NCBI GenBank assembly: GCA_951406725.2
Contig: OX597817.1
Span: forward strand, 64,480,001-64,544,000
Length of the DNA: 64,000 bases
Direction: 5' to 3'
Source: Octopus vulgaris
Lineage: Eukaryota
This document shows positions 12,158-24,489 of the stretch, in pieces. The notes below the pieces were generated by a model, which had not been told where the DNA came from, made no database searches, and worked only from the letters and a program-made list of their open reading frames with translations. Every line of letters begins with the position of its first letter. Position 1 is the first letter of the stretch. The position numbers and the translations under genes were made by a program.

Positions 12158-14789
12158 AACTCCAGACTATGAGGAAACTGTATCAACAACAAATCAGTAA
12201 GAGTTTGATAAATTCAGTTTTCATGATGAGTGTAGAGTTTCAGACCTTGCCCTTTGTTTGAATGTGAGGAAAAAAAAGAAATGTGGTAGTGCTGCTTAAA
12301 TTGTAGATAAGAAACTTGATTAAACTGTTATCAAGGAGTGTAATGCAAGAGTATGCTCAAGTTAAATTTAAAAAAAGAAAAACTATTTAAAAGTTATCTG
12401 CAACTGGTAACTATATCAAACAGTACTATCTGTTTCAGAATTAGGTAATAGACAACTAAACCAACAATGTCACTCTAGGGTCTCATCCTGGTGTGTGGAG
12501 GGAAAGTGAATGGATTCAAGTAGTCAATGGCCATCCAGCAAACTTACAGATGGAACACAACTCCATTAAGACATTGAATCCAGCATTGCTGATTCTCTTG
12601 GCAACTTCTATACCTAGTTGTCTCTCTCAAATGCTCAAGATTTACCTTTCTGCTTACCAAAGAAGAGCTAGGCAAAAGAAGCTCCTTGATAACTGTGTCG
12701 AGTTTTGACTATTTTTTTTATCATATCATCAGAAACAACAAAAGTGTTGCCTTCATATTCAACATAAGTGGATTATATAAGTTGGAAAAAAAATGTGTTG
12801 CAAATTGATAGTAATTAATGAAGATGTGGACAAAAAAAATTTAGTAAAATAATTAGTTCAAATTTGAAAACATCTGACCACAGAGGAGATAACAGAGAAC
12901 TGAGATGTATACTGCCCTGTTCAACTCATGCCAGAATAGGAAAATAGTTAAAATAAGATGAGAGAAGTATTATTGAGTTCTTGTTTAACACTGAGTCAGC
13001 CCTGATTTTGCAGACCTATGATCAAAATTATTGTAGCAGCCTTATTCAAATGCAGTGTACTTCAGACTACATTGTCTTATATGTCCTTGGTCACAGAGAG
13101 GCTCCCTCAATGGCTGTATCATATCACAGTTTGATGTTCCTTCCTGACTAACAAATGGAAATGACACAAATTCAGTTAAGATGTCCAAAAATAATGTGTT
13201 TTCTTTAGCGGTATAGAAACAAAAAAATGTAGCAAGGTCTGAACTTATATACTTAACAGTTAACCACTACATAATTTTCTTTTGTGTCTGTTTAATTCAT
13301 CACCATCATCTCAGCCAGTCCCAAACGAGCAGATCTATGACCAAAGACAATCATGCAATAACCGTCCCATATTTTTTCCAAACAGAATTTACCCTAGACT
13401 ACATTTATCAATGTGCCTTTTAAGGTCAGCAGGGTCTGGTTTAAGTGAAATTTGACTGCTATTTCACCTTCATTGGCTTATCTGCATCTGTGGTTGGGTG
13501 GTTATGGCAAATTTTAATTTTTAACCAGCTGTCTTTGTTAAAATTGAGTAAATCAGAAGCAAAATGACAGCTATGACCTGGAATTAGTAATATTGATAAA
13601 AGTTGATGTTCAATTTAAATATCTCTAAGTCAATGTTTGAAGAAAATGTGCTAGAGACATAACAAAATGACCTAGGAGAAACCAGGTTATTTCAGAAAAA
13701 GCCTATACAAAAGTTACCCAAATGACCTGAAAACAGATCTTTGTACTAACAATATAGTCAAGTCTCAATATTAAATGTAATCACAGCTAAATGTTATGGC
13801 TACTTATAGTAAATCTAATTGTACTGAAACACATACAAAGAGTAAATAGAAGACACATTGTTAAACATTGCAAGAGGAATGTGTACAGAATGCTTGCTGA
13901 GCCTCCCATGACAATACACATACACTTTCTCTCGCTATCTTTATCTTAATCAAATTCCAGTACAACTAGTTTGAGAAGTAGCTAAAACCAGAATCTAAAC
14001 AGTCCAATTTTTATGACAATGATACAATTATATATGCATGTTGGAAAAAAAAATCATCAAAATCATTACCATCATAAATAGCTTAAGTTCCATTATCTAT
14101 TGTCATGATCTTGCTTAAGCACAGGACAGCCAGACCAATCTAACCTATATAATCAAAAGTATTCAAGCTATTACATCCATATGCCCCAGACTACGTTATC
14201 CATTTTTTTTTAATGACAATAGCATGTAGTTTGAGAGAGATTTGGATATTGTCTATAGCAGGTCAAACAACCATGTACTATATGCCAAAAAATCTTGTAT
14301 ATGTTGAATGCAACATAAACTTTTGGGTGTAATCTAAAATAATCTTACAAAATTTAAATTTTAATATAGTTTAATACAAATTTTACTTTTACAGTTCGAA
14401 CAACAAATTTGCTCAAATCCCAAAGCTTACTCTACAGCTTTCATTCACATTGACCACTCCCTTTTCTAATTTTTACTTGCCTGTCTAACTTTTACTGTCA
14501 TGACAATGTTGCTATAACAATAGTAATTTATAAGAAATGAAGGAGATATTTTCTATATATAGCAAGAAAAACTCAAAGCTCTTTCACATTTCATTATTTT
14601 ATACTTTTCAATTTCTGTTGTAAATGTTTAAAAGTTATTAAATGTTTTAAAATTTGTTCACTATTTTCAAACCTTCTTATAACTATTTAAAATTTTCTTC
14701 ACTGTTTCACTTTCCTTCCACATTTTCCTATTTTATAAGCGTCATCTTTAAAAGTTACATTGTTTATATAAACCAAAAATACACATGCC

Positions 14790-15550
14790 ACATGAACTAG
14801 GAGAAAAGCACTTGAGAAGAGATTTAGTGTTTCTCCTATTATCCTCAATAATCAATCCTTGTGTCACTTCATGCATAGCTAAATCCAGTAAAAGAGACCT
14901 TGAGAGCATCCCCCAGAGGGAGCCATATCAACTTGCCTCAACAACAAAAATACTCAAGTGTTACTCATATCAAGAAAATCCACTGCACACACCCTCTTCA
15001 ACTAGAGCCCTCAAAATCATTCCAAATTGCCGGGCCTCACTGTCACTGAGAATTTCTTTTGATGAAAGCATGTCCTTAGCATAGTTAAAATCACATCTCA
15101 AAAACTAGCCTTTCTCTTCAGAGCCAGATATGAAACCTTAAATACCAATCCTCTAAAAGCTAACATACCAAGAACATACCTAACTACTAAGGTTAAAACA
15201 TTGCACTGAACTCCAGGATTTAACCTTCACATTCTCAAAACAAAAGGTAAACATCCCTTTAATATCTAAATAAAACCAACAACAACCAAACCATTTGACA
15301 GTTCTGTTGACTAACAATCTTACTACATTCTTTTGTGGAACCCTTTGACCTGAAGATAACACACCTAAACATACACATTTAATTACAAAGCTATACGTGC
15401 GTGAATAAATTCTAACCATTAGCACTTCCCTAAATCTAATCAATAAAAATTCTCCATACTATCTTACATACAACCTAACATGCAGCCTAATTATCATTCA
15501 ATAGAACTCAGCTTACTCTAGAACATTTTAAGACTACATAAAGCCAAGAT
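14790..15550 (+). mobile_element. Old CR1/L2-clade LINE ORF2 remnant
   Basis: Remnant peptide SQKLAFLFRARY near 15098-15133 resembles the post-RT region of L2/Crack-type LINEs. A/C-rich strand bias; heavily decayed. Confidence 0.35.
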
Positions 15551-16398
15551 GAACTTAAATGATTTACAGTTCAATTTTGGCTTAGCTGGGCAAAACTTTG
15601 AAATCATAGTTAATACTATTCTTGTTAAAGAATAATATGTAAAATATATATATATGCAGAAGAAGGGGTACAAGTGTGTGCTATATATATGTGTGTATAC
15701 TTATGGTGTTATTGTTGTTAATATTGTTATTATTAGTATTGTTGTTGTTATCCTCATCATCATTATTATATTATATTATCTATATATTGATACACTAAGG
15801 CCAAATGAGTTATGCTGTCATGTGGTTACTTGAAGGGAGAAGAAGAGATAAAAGTGTTAATGACGTGAAGTAGGTGGGAAAGGAATAGTTACTACATGGT
15901 TAAAAAGTTAGTTGAAGGAAGTTATATAGAGAAAGAGTGTTAGAAATACAATGTTTAGCAGAGGTAAGATATTTGGTGGTATATTTAAAGAAATACAGAT
16001 AGAGAGATGAGGGCAGTTATATTAAAAGTCAGGCAGATAAAGAGAAAGAGAGTAATGATGCTATGCCAGTCAATGTGGTTAGTGGAAGTGAGAGGTGAAC
16101 AGAAAGAGAGAAATGATAAGGATGTGGAAAGGGGAATTACATAGTTAAAAGGTTTGAAGTAAGAGGTAGATAGAAAAAGAGAGAGAGAAATGTAAAGTGT
16201 TTAGCGGAGGGAAATTTTAAACATCATATATTATTGTGACTGACAAGAAAATAACATTTTAATATTCAATTTTTACATCTATCTGTTGATCTCAATTACA
16301 GCTTTACCCAGAAGAACTGGAAGGTTTTCTTAAATGAAAATAATGCAGAATATACAATTTTTATGATTCTTTCAACTTCCAGCCATCTAATAGTAATC

Positions 16399-16523
16399 AG
16401 AGAGGGCCTGTACATCAACCACATCAATATTACCAATGTGAGAGGGTCTGTATATCAGTCACATTAATCTCAGAAATCTAGGAGGGTCTGTACATCAGCC
16501 ATATTAATCTCAACAGTTTAGGG
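16399..16523. repeat. Degenerate tandem repeat, ~40-bp unit x3
   Basis: Unit gagggtctgtacatcagccacattaatctca... begins near 16402, 16442 and 16482. Confidence 0.75.
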
Positions 16524-16673
16524 TGAAACATGCAAAGGGCATGGTCACTGCCCCATCTTTTCTGACAGTTTTACAGAAAAAGAAAGACAACTATAACAAC
16601 TAATGATTACAGAAACCCAATGAATACAAAAAATTTAAAGTATACATCACCTGGAGACTGAAATGATACTCAC

Positions 16674-16826
16674 TTTGTCTGGATAGCCCTGAGGGCTCTT
16701 TGTGTTGTCTTGATCAATTCCCCCTCCGATACGAAAACCACATCGATATTTCTGTTTGCCATCTGTACCAACAACAGGGTTTCCATGGTCATCTCGTTCT
16801 GGTTCTTTATGGAGGACAATTGGAAT
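16674..16826 (-). CDS. TAX1BP3: TAX1BP3-like coding exon 2 (IPIVLHKEPERDDHGNPVVGTDGKQKYRCGFRIGGGIDQDNTKSPQGYPDK)
   Basis: Acceptor ttctag|ATT and donor AAA|gtgagt; 153 nt, open frame. GFRIGGGIDQD matches the TIP-1 signature GFSIGGGIDQD. Confidence 0.95.
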
Positions 16827-17076
16827 CTAGAATAACATATTGAAAAATAAAAGATAATAGTTTAGGAGTGTGACAAAAGACTACATCTAAGATCGTGTGT
16901 TGAAAGTGAAGCAACTGAACTTTAGTGAAGTTATTTAAAACAAACATATGCTGTTATATTTACTTTTGTTTTACCTTTAATGATATTATACTATAAAGTA
17001 AGAACCAATCAAGAACCAAAGAAAAATTTCATTAATTATTCCCATATAGTGTTGAGTCACAAAATATTTGAACATA

Positions 17077-17700
17077 CAGGGTGGGGAAGCAAAACTTGGA
17101 ATATTTTGGAAGCCTTATTTTTCATATATTCCTGAGCATAAATATTAAAATATTGTTTCTATTTCAGGGAGGAGGTATATAGAGTTAATTTAAGCAGAAG
17201 TTCTAGTCATACAATCTAGCATGTCCACTTAAGAAGCCAAGAGATAATGCATTACAGATTTGCTTTGTGCCAGGGTTGCACTATTAGTCATATTGCTCAG
17301 AATGTTGGGGCCTCTGTGAGCACTGTCTACAACATTAAGAACTGAATGCTGGATATGGGAGGCATCAAGAGAAAGCAAGGAAGTGGAGGAATAAATATCA
17401 AACGGGAAAATGCATTTCTTAAATCTCTAAAAGCCAAAATTTTGAAAGACCCAACAACATCCATGAGAAAACTGTCAATGGACATGAAAGTTGATCCAAA
17501 GACCATCAGAAACACCAAAATAGTGTTGCAATACCTGAAGCACAATGGACAAATCGTCAAAATCTTTACAGATGAAAAAATCTTTACTGTTGATGATGTT
17601 TTAAAATGTTGCAATGATCAATATATTGCTAAGTCACCTTATGAAGTAAAGGGCGTCTTTAGGACCAAGCCCCCAGTTCAAGTCATGATACTGGGAGTCG
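17077..17700 (+). mobile_element. 5' part of a maT/DD37D-like Tc1/mariner transposon, truncated by the hAT element
   Basis: ta|CAGGGTGGGGAAGC terminus. The ORF at 17346-17708 has an HTH (SMRKLSMDMKVDPKTIR) and a first catalytic motif (FTDEKIFTVD...RTKPPVQVMILGVV). The sequence breaks off abruptly at ~17700. Confidence 0.8.
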
Positions 17701-17906
17701 TTTTTTGAAATTTTTGAAATTTCCCAAAGAATTTTTCAGGTGAGAACTTGCACTGATAATTTTTCTTATTCTTTGAACAAAGTTTATACTGAAATCATTT
17801 TGTGTTTAACTAAAAAAAGCATAAGTTTGAAGAAATTGAAAAAATAAAATTGCTTGAACTGAAATTTCATACGAGTTTAATTTAAAAATACATAAATTTT
17901 AAGAAA

Positions 17907-20140
17907 TTGTTACTCTTACTACGATATTCTACTTTAGAATTAATTATTGCGAATATCAAAATGAATCACTACCGAAAAAGAGAATTGAAGCAATCATTGC
18001 TGAATTTCCAATCTGATTCATCTAATGCTAAACACAAGAGAATTGCTAACAAAGTTTCGCAGCTCAAGGGAGGTCTTGCAAAGTCTTTGACACCCACATT
18101 GGATGATCTAGGACAGGTCAACTGTCAACCAGTGCAGCCAGTTCTAGCAAAGTTTGATCCCAAAATTTATGGAAATCAGAGACATGACTTCACATCAAGC
18201 TGGTATACTGGTCGTCCATGGTTAGAGTATTCTCTTTCAAAGAAAGCCTTGCTTTGTTTGTCGGCACTTTAATACTTCTGCTCAAGCTGATACTTGTTTT
18301 ATTAAAAATGGATATTCTAATTGGCATCATGCAAAAGAAAAAAACAAAGGTTTAAATAAGCACACAAACTCTGCATCCCATATCCAAGCTATGGTAACAT
18401 GGAAGGAATGCCATCAGCGTTTATCCACAACAATATCTATGTCTTCAATCTTGCAAAATGATCAATTGAGCAAAAACCATTATTATATCAGTTACATTGT
18501 TGATATTGTTCATTTTTTTTTGTGCAAACAAATTGCCTTTTCAGGGAAACAGAAATGAAGCTTTTCAGGATCTTTAGTCGGAAGATGACATGCAGCCTTG
18601 TTGACTTTTTATGAAATTATTCCAGTACCCATTAGAGAAAGACTCAAAGCTAATGGAATGTTACAGCATGATTCCAAAAAATGTGGCCTACACCTAGGGA
18701 GCAATGCAAAACGAAATCATTGAATTGTTGAGAAGACACACTGTCAACCTCGTGGTCGATGAAATAAAATGTTCCGATGTTCCTTATTTTACGATGAAAT
18801 GTGATGGAACGCGTGATTTGAGTAATACTGAAAATCTTGCAATTGTTATTAAGTACTTGAAAAACGGCAGGGTTCTGGAAAAGTTAGTTGCGATGCCAAC
18901 TACTCAACATTATGATGCTGAAATATTGGCCAACTTGATAATTAAGGAATTAACCAATCTTTGCATTGACCCAAAGCGTATGTTGTCACAATGCTATGAT
19001 GGTGCTCCTGTGATATCTAGCAAAATAGGTGGCGTTCAAAGAAAGATTCAGAATCGACTTGAGAAATATATACCCTATGTTCATTGTCTTAATCATCAGT
19101 TGCATCTTGTCGTGGTTAACACAATAAAGTGGATTCTGGAGTTAGCTACGTTCGTTGACGCTGTTAATATTCTTCATAATTTTATTAAACGGCCAGAGAT
19201 AGCTAGCCTCTGCAAAAGACTGAAGTTGCCACATCTTATGGAGCATAGGTGGTCAGGTCATTTCACTGCCATTGCTTCTGTAATAGAAAATCACTCCAAA
19301 ATTGTTGGTTTGCTAACCGAATGCACAGATTCATCAGATTCAAAAATGTGTATAGAGGCAACTGGAATTTTACATTAAGTTTGTTTTTCTAGCCCTTGTT
19401 CTTAGCAAATTTCTGCATATAATTAGACCAGTAGATAAACAACTTCAGAGTCACAAATGTGATATATACCGTGGCCTTGAGCTTCTTAAGATTGCCAAGA
19501 GTGAAATAACGAAACTGAGAAACTCTTTAAAATTTGATGAGATTCTAAAACAAATGAGTCAATTTAATGTTATTGAGGAACACATGCATCGAAAAGCCTG
19601 CAGGTCCCAACGTTTTTCAGATTATGTTGTTAAAGCCCTGGTACTATCACAAGATGACTGGCTAACCCTTCATCACAAAATTTATTTCGCGATCATCAAC
19701 GAAAGCTTGGGAGAGCTAGATAATAGATTTTCAGAGCAAAACAATAGTATATATTCTTCCTTGGCAAGACTACTACCAATGCCTGAGACATTTTTGGATT
19801 TTGATGCTTTAAAACCTTTGAGCAATTCAGTTAATTGCGATATATCAGCCTTACTTTGTGAACTTACTGTAGCTAAAGTATATATGATGACACTGCTTGA
19901 TATTTTTAGATCTTTACGTATTGTACAGGATGCCTTTCCAAATGTTTATCTTTTGTATGGTGCAGCATTAACATTTGGATCTAGCACAGCTACATGTGAA
20001 TCATTGTTTTCGACGCTAACTCAAATTATGACACCCTTTCAACAAAATATGAAGCACCAGCAAAAATCAAACCTCATGATACTTGCTTCCCTAAATAAAT
20101 ACAAATCAAGTATATACAAGGATGATTTTCTTAAATTTTT
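17907..20140 (+). pseudogene. hAT transposase pseudogene (ZMYM1/Tip100-like: TTF zinc finger, DUF4371, catalytic and dimerisation domains)
   Basis: Motifs in order across frameshifted or stopped ORFs: FTSSWYTGRPWLEYS; GYSNW..LNKH..S..H; QNEII; MKCDGTRDLS; QCYDGA; YVHCLNHQLHL (CxxH); RWS; FPNV...SSTATCESLFS. TIRs not identified. Confidence 0.9.
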
Positions 20141-20316
20141 TTGCCTTGTATTGTGTCAGGTCACGGCCAACCTTCCGCCAACCCATTGGCATTATTCCAC
20201 CATATTTATCCTGGTGGACTAATCCATCCATTCTACCTTCTGGGTGTTCTATTTCCACACAACAGAGACATAATCAAATTTTATAAACAGTATGGTTTTT
20301 AGAGTTCTGTTCAGCA

Positions 20317-20730
20317 GGTGTAATAGAAAAGACCCTAAGGAAAAAAGCCCCTCAAACAACACCCCGCCATTGTTAAACTATGAAAGTGTTTCGTTTTCTT
20401 TTACAACCACAGTTTGTTTTTGTTTATTTGAAATTATATAGATGAAATGTTTAAAGATTTGGCTGTTATCTCTAGCATGTGGGAAGACCTATGTGTTTGT
20501 TGAACATCATTTTAAAAAATATTGGAGTCAATACATTCGACTAAAAATTCTTTGAGGTGATGCCCCAGTTTAATGATTGCAACAAGTAAAATGAAAATAA
20601 AAATGAAATATATCAGAAGTTTTGACCAGGCTAGGTGCCATGAAATGTGAAGAAAAAAAAAAACGAAAAATATAAGCATGGGGCTTTTGTCCCCTTTCAC
20701 ACTTTAAGTCGGGGCTTTTGTCCATACACC
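20317..20730. mobile_element. Mutator/MULE-like MITE
   Basis: Termini GGTGTA / TACACC with internal (aaaagcccc / ggggcttttg) repeats. Perfect 9-bp TSD tgttcagca at 20308-20316 and 20731-20739. Confidence 0.8.
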
Positions 20731-22007
20731 TGTTCAGCACCTCCAGTTGCAATTGGCTGGCTACGTAGCTAGCCCTTCCTAATGCCAACCATTCCAAGAG
20801 TGTAGTGGTAAAACATATCACTAGCATGGGTGCCTTTTACCAGGATATTTTTCTTGTCAACAAAATGATTATCTCTACATGAAAGATTATCTGAATTATG
20901 TATAAAGCAGACGAATAGAGATCCAACAATGAACACAAGTAAGATTTGTAGATTTTGCAACACAAAACTTTAAAGTATATCTATGAATAAATTTGGCGGA
21001 TGTATGCTTTTTTTTTTAACAAGGGAGATGGAGAATAATGAGTGTGTATTAAGATCATATATAAAACAGTGGATAATGACTCACAGATCCATGACAGTAA
21101 AAGAGTAGAACAGTGACTGACTTAGAAGAAAGAAGCAGATAGTGAACAATATAGCAAGATGTGTGGGGAAAAGCTAACAATAAGTATACTGGAAGGTTTT
21201 ACTAATTCTTTCTAGGTCACAAAAACAAAACTGGGAATTTTTTAAAACATTCTTACCAGTTTCAGTCATCTGACTGGTCATGCTGGGGCATCACTTTCAA
21301 GAGTGTAGATGGTTATATCACCCAGCTACTTGATTGATATATTTTGTTCAAAGAAAGATGCAAAGTAAAACAGGTCTGGGCAAAAACATAAAGGATGTAA
21401 CTAAATAGCACAATGTTATTTACTGATACTCCACTAATTCTGCTGTCCACTATAAAGATGAATCAGGATGCCTTTGGGAGAAAGAAGTTCGAAATAATAT
21501 GGTTTCAAATAAGCCCTCAATGACAATGAAAATGAAGTGGTGAGAAAGTATCACTAAAACAGAATGGTGAACAATGAGAATGAATGACTCTAACAGAGGT
21601 CAATCAACAGTGAATAGAGGGCCCAAATGTAAGGACAGGCAGGACATGATGTGTAGAGTAGTTAAAGATATTAAGCCATTAAACTGCTAGATCAACGATG
21701 AAATTACAGACATTGTACATAAGAGACAGCTGCACAAATAAAAGAACAGACAGAAGACAATAGAATATGAAACGCAACCAGCCAAGGCCAGGCCTTAAGG
21801 TGTTAATGCAATCACTAAAGTTACGTGAACAATGAAGAGAGATTCAGTCATAAAACTGTAGTAAGGTGTAAGTATAGTCTGTACGCTTAGGTTAGTAACA
21901 TAAGGACCCATTGTGTTGTAGATAGGGAAGATAACATTTCATAAAGTGATTAACAATAGTATAACAAGTTAAGATAATATACTTCACTTTGACAGCATGC
22001 AAGCTTT

Positions 22008-22081
22008 GTGTGCATGTATGAAGGTATGTGCATATATATATATACATTTATGTGTAAATATATATACACATACATTTATGC

Positions 22082-22119
<38 letters not shown>

Positions 22120-22187
22120 TTATGTATGTATGCATATATATATATATATATACACACATTTATGTATGTATGCATATATATATATAT
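22008..22187. repeat. Compound (TA)n/(CA)n microsatellite
   Basis: Repeated tatatata-cacatttatgtatg blocks; these produce the spurious YIYI ORFs in the track. Confidence 0.9.
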
Positions 22188-22562
22188 TGTGGCACTCAGT
22201 CGGTTATGATGACGAGGGTTCCAGTTGATCAACGGAACAGCCCATTCATGAAATTAATGTGTAAGGAGCTGAGCACTCCAAACACACATGTACCCTTAAC
22301 ATAGTTCTCAGGGAAATTCAGTGTGACACAGTGTATGACAAGGCTAGCCCTTTGAAATACAGCTACAAGAGAAACAGGAAGAAAGAATGAGAGAAAGTTG
22401 TGGTGAAAGAGTACAGCAAGGTTTGCATCACCACCCTGCCTGCCGAAGCCTTGTGGAGCTTTAGGTGTTTTCGCTCAATAAACACAACGCCCAGTCTGGG
22501 AATCAAAACTGCGATCCCAGAACCGCGAGTCCGCTTCCCTAACCACTGGGCCATTGTGCCTC
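22188..22562 (-). mobile_element. Near full-length tRNA-derived SINE (octopus OR-type)
   Basis: The minus strand begins ggcacaatggcccagtggttaggg...gactcgcgg...gattcccagact (A and B boxes) and ends at a TA microsatellite. Confidence 0.85.
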
Positions 22563-22564
22563 TA

Positions 22565-22915
22565 CATACCAAGCGTGATCATTGCCAGTGCCGGTGGCAC
22601 GTGAAAAACAACATTCAAGTGTGGTCATTGCCAGTGCCGCTGGAGTGGCTCCCGTGCAGGTGGCATGTAAAAAAAACACCTTTTGTGCATGGTTGTTGCT
22701 AGTACTGCCTGACTGGCCCTCGTGCCAGTGGCACGTAAAAGCACCCACTACACTCTTGGAGTGGTTGGTATTAGGAAGGACATCCAGCTGTAGAAACTTT
22801 GCCAGATGAGATTGGAGCCTGGTGCAGCCTTCTGGCTCGCCAGTCCTCAGTCAAACTGTCCAACCCATGCCAGCATGGAAAGTGAATCTTAAACGAAGAC
22901 GACAATGATGATGAT
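22565..22915 (+). mobile_element. RTE-type LINE 3' tail with (GAT)n end (also 26595-27030, 30955-31230 minus, 31925-32125, 46445-46597, 55355-55610, ~61010-61110)
   Basis: Shared core ggcacgtaaaaagcacccactacactc..gagtggttggcgttaggaagggcatccagc...caacccatgc.agcatggaaa..gacgttaaacgatgatgat. At 49095-50070 the same tail follows an RTE-like ORF end. Confidence 0.8.
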
Positions 22916-23009
22916 ATATATAAGGCAAAGAAGAAAATGGAGAAGATAATTAATTAACAAACATTAATTGGATCTATTTATTGATTACAATCATATATAT
23001 ATATATAAA

Positions 23010-24453
23010 CTAGCAGAATTGCCCGGCGATGCTCGGGGCTGATTTGCTTGAAAGTACTGTTAATGATTGCACTGAATTATGATGATTATTCAGGCAAATA
23101 TTGATATAAGTTTACGGTGGGAGATAAGGACTTAACAATCAAACGTGTGCCATTGCATTGTTTTGGGGGAACCAAATTTCTAATGAGCATTATAGGGGCA
23201 CCAACTTTAAGTTTGAGAATGTGTGGTGGTAGTCCGGGGGGCTCAAAGGAATTGAGTACCTCTATTGGATAGTTGATGACGTCCTCTGGGTCAGGAGTTG
23301 TATCGATAGACTTATATACATAGACATCCCCAGGAATGAGTTTTAGCATTTCATCATTAATATGGTGAACAGTTTTATTCCTCGGGGCCAGAATAGCCGT
23401 TTGGCCAATCCAATCCATATTCTGATAATTAGCTTGTAGATCTGGGAACACTGCATCTCTGAGATCAGAAGGTGTTTTAACAATGGTACAAATGGAATCG
23501 ATGGCAATATTACCATTTTCATCCCCTGGTATTTTACCTTCGCCAAGTGCAAGGAGGGTGTGAGAAAATGCTGCTGATGTGATATTACGTCGCATATGAG
23601 CACGCATATTGGTGTGAAGTTTGAGAGTCTTCACCAGTGGCCACAATGTGGATGACTTAAGACACGCACTTACTGCATCAGCTCTAGTCCCTTTGGGAAT
23701 AACGGGAAGTGTTTGTCGGAAGTCCCCTGAAAGAAGAAGTGTTATGCCTCCCATGGGAGCTGGAGAATGTTTGATATCTCTGAGAGATCTATCTAGTGCC
23801 TCAAGAGCATCTCTGTGGGCCATCGTGCATTCATCCCAAACGATAAGCTTGCATCATCTGAAGACTTTTGCCTGATCGAAGCTGTTACTGATGTTGCAAG
23901 TTGGTGTCTCAGTCTTCACTAAGTCAAGCGGAAGCTTGAAAGTGGAGTGAGCTGTCCTGCCGCCTGGCAACAAAGTAGCCGCAATTCCAGATGATGCCAC
24001 AGCTAGGGCAATGCCTTGTGTTCGCCTAATCTCAGCCAATATTAATTTGTTGACAAAAGTTTTCCCAGTGCCCCCAGGAGCGTCCTGGAAAAAAATCCCC
24101 CCAGCTTTGGCCTGGACTGAATTAACAACGGAGTTGTAAGCAAACTTCTGTTCTGGAAGGAGCTTTGGCTCATTGTCGGCTATGTACTCGGCAAGCTCGT
24201 CAACATTAAAACATGTCTCACGCAGCAAATGTGAAGACAGAGTGTTTGTGCCTTCCCGGTTTGTTGAAGGTAGGCCATAGACCGGCAAGGCACTACCGCC
24301 CATATCAAGTACAGTATCTTCGAACGTAGTTTGTTACCACACAACTACACCTGCTCCTATGTATATGTGTGTGTGTGCGTGTGTGTGTATGGGTAGATAT
24401 ATTATGCATGTATATATGTGTATATATATATATGTGTACATATTACATGTACA

Positions 24454-24489
<36 letters not shown>

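Noticed and set aside
17907-20222. Domesticated ZMYM1-like host gene nested in the intron
   Set aside because: Multiple frameshifts and stops and no splice structure; consistent with a dead hAT transposase.
21984-22304. ORFs rich in YIYI/CVCV (also ~24.4, 48.9 and 50.1 kb)
   Set aside because: Translations of TA and CA microsatellites.
23086-24303. Cellular PIF1 helicase gene
   Set aside because: Intronless, truncated, with an in-frame stop, and enclosed by exact Helitron termini.
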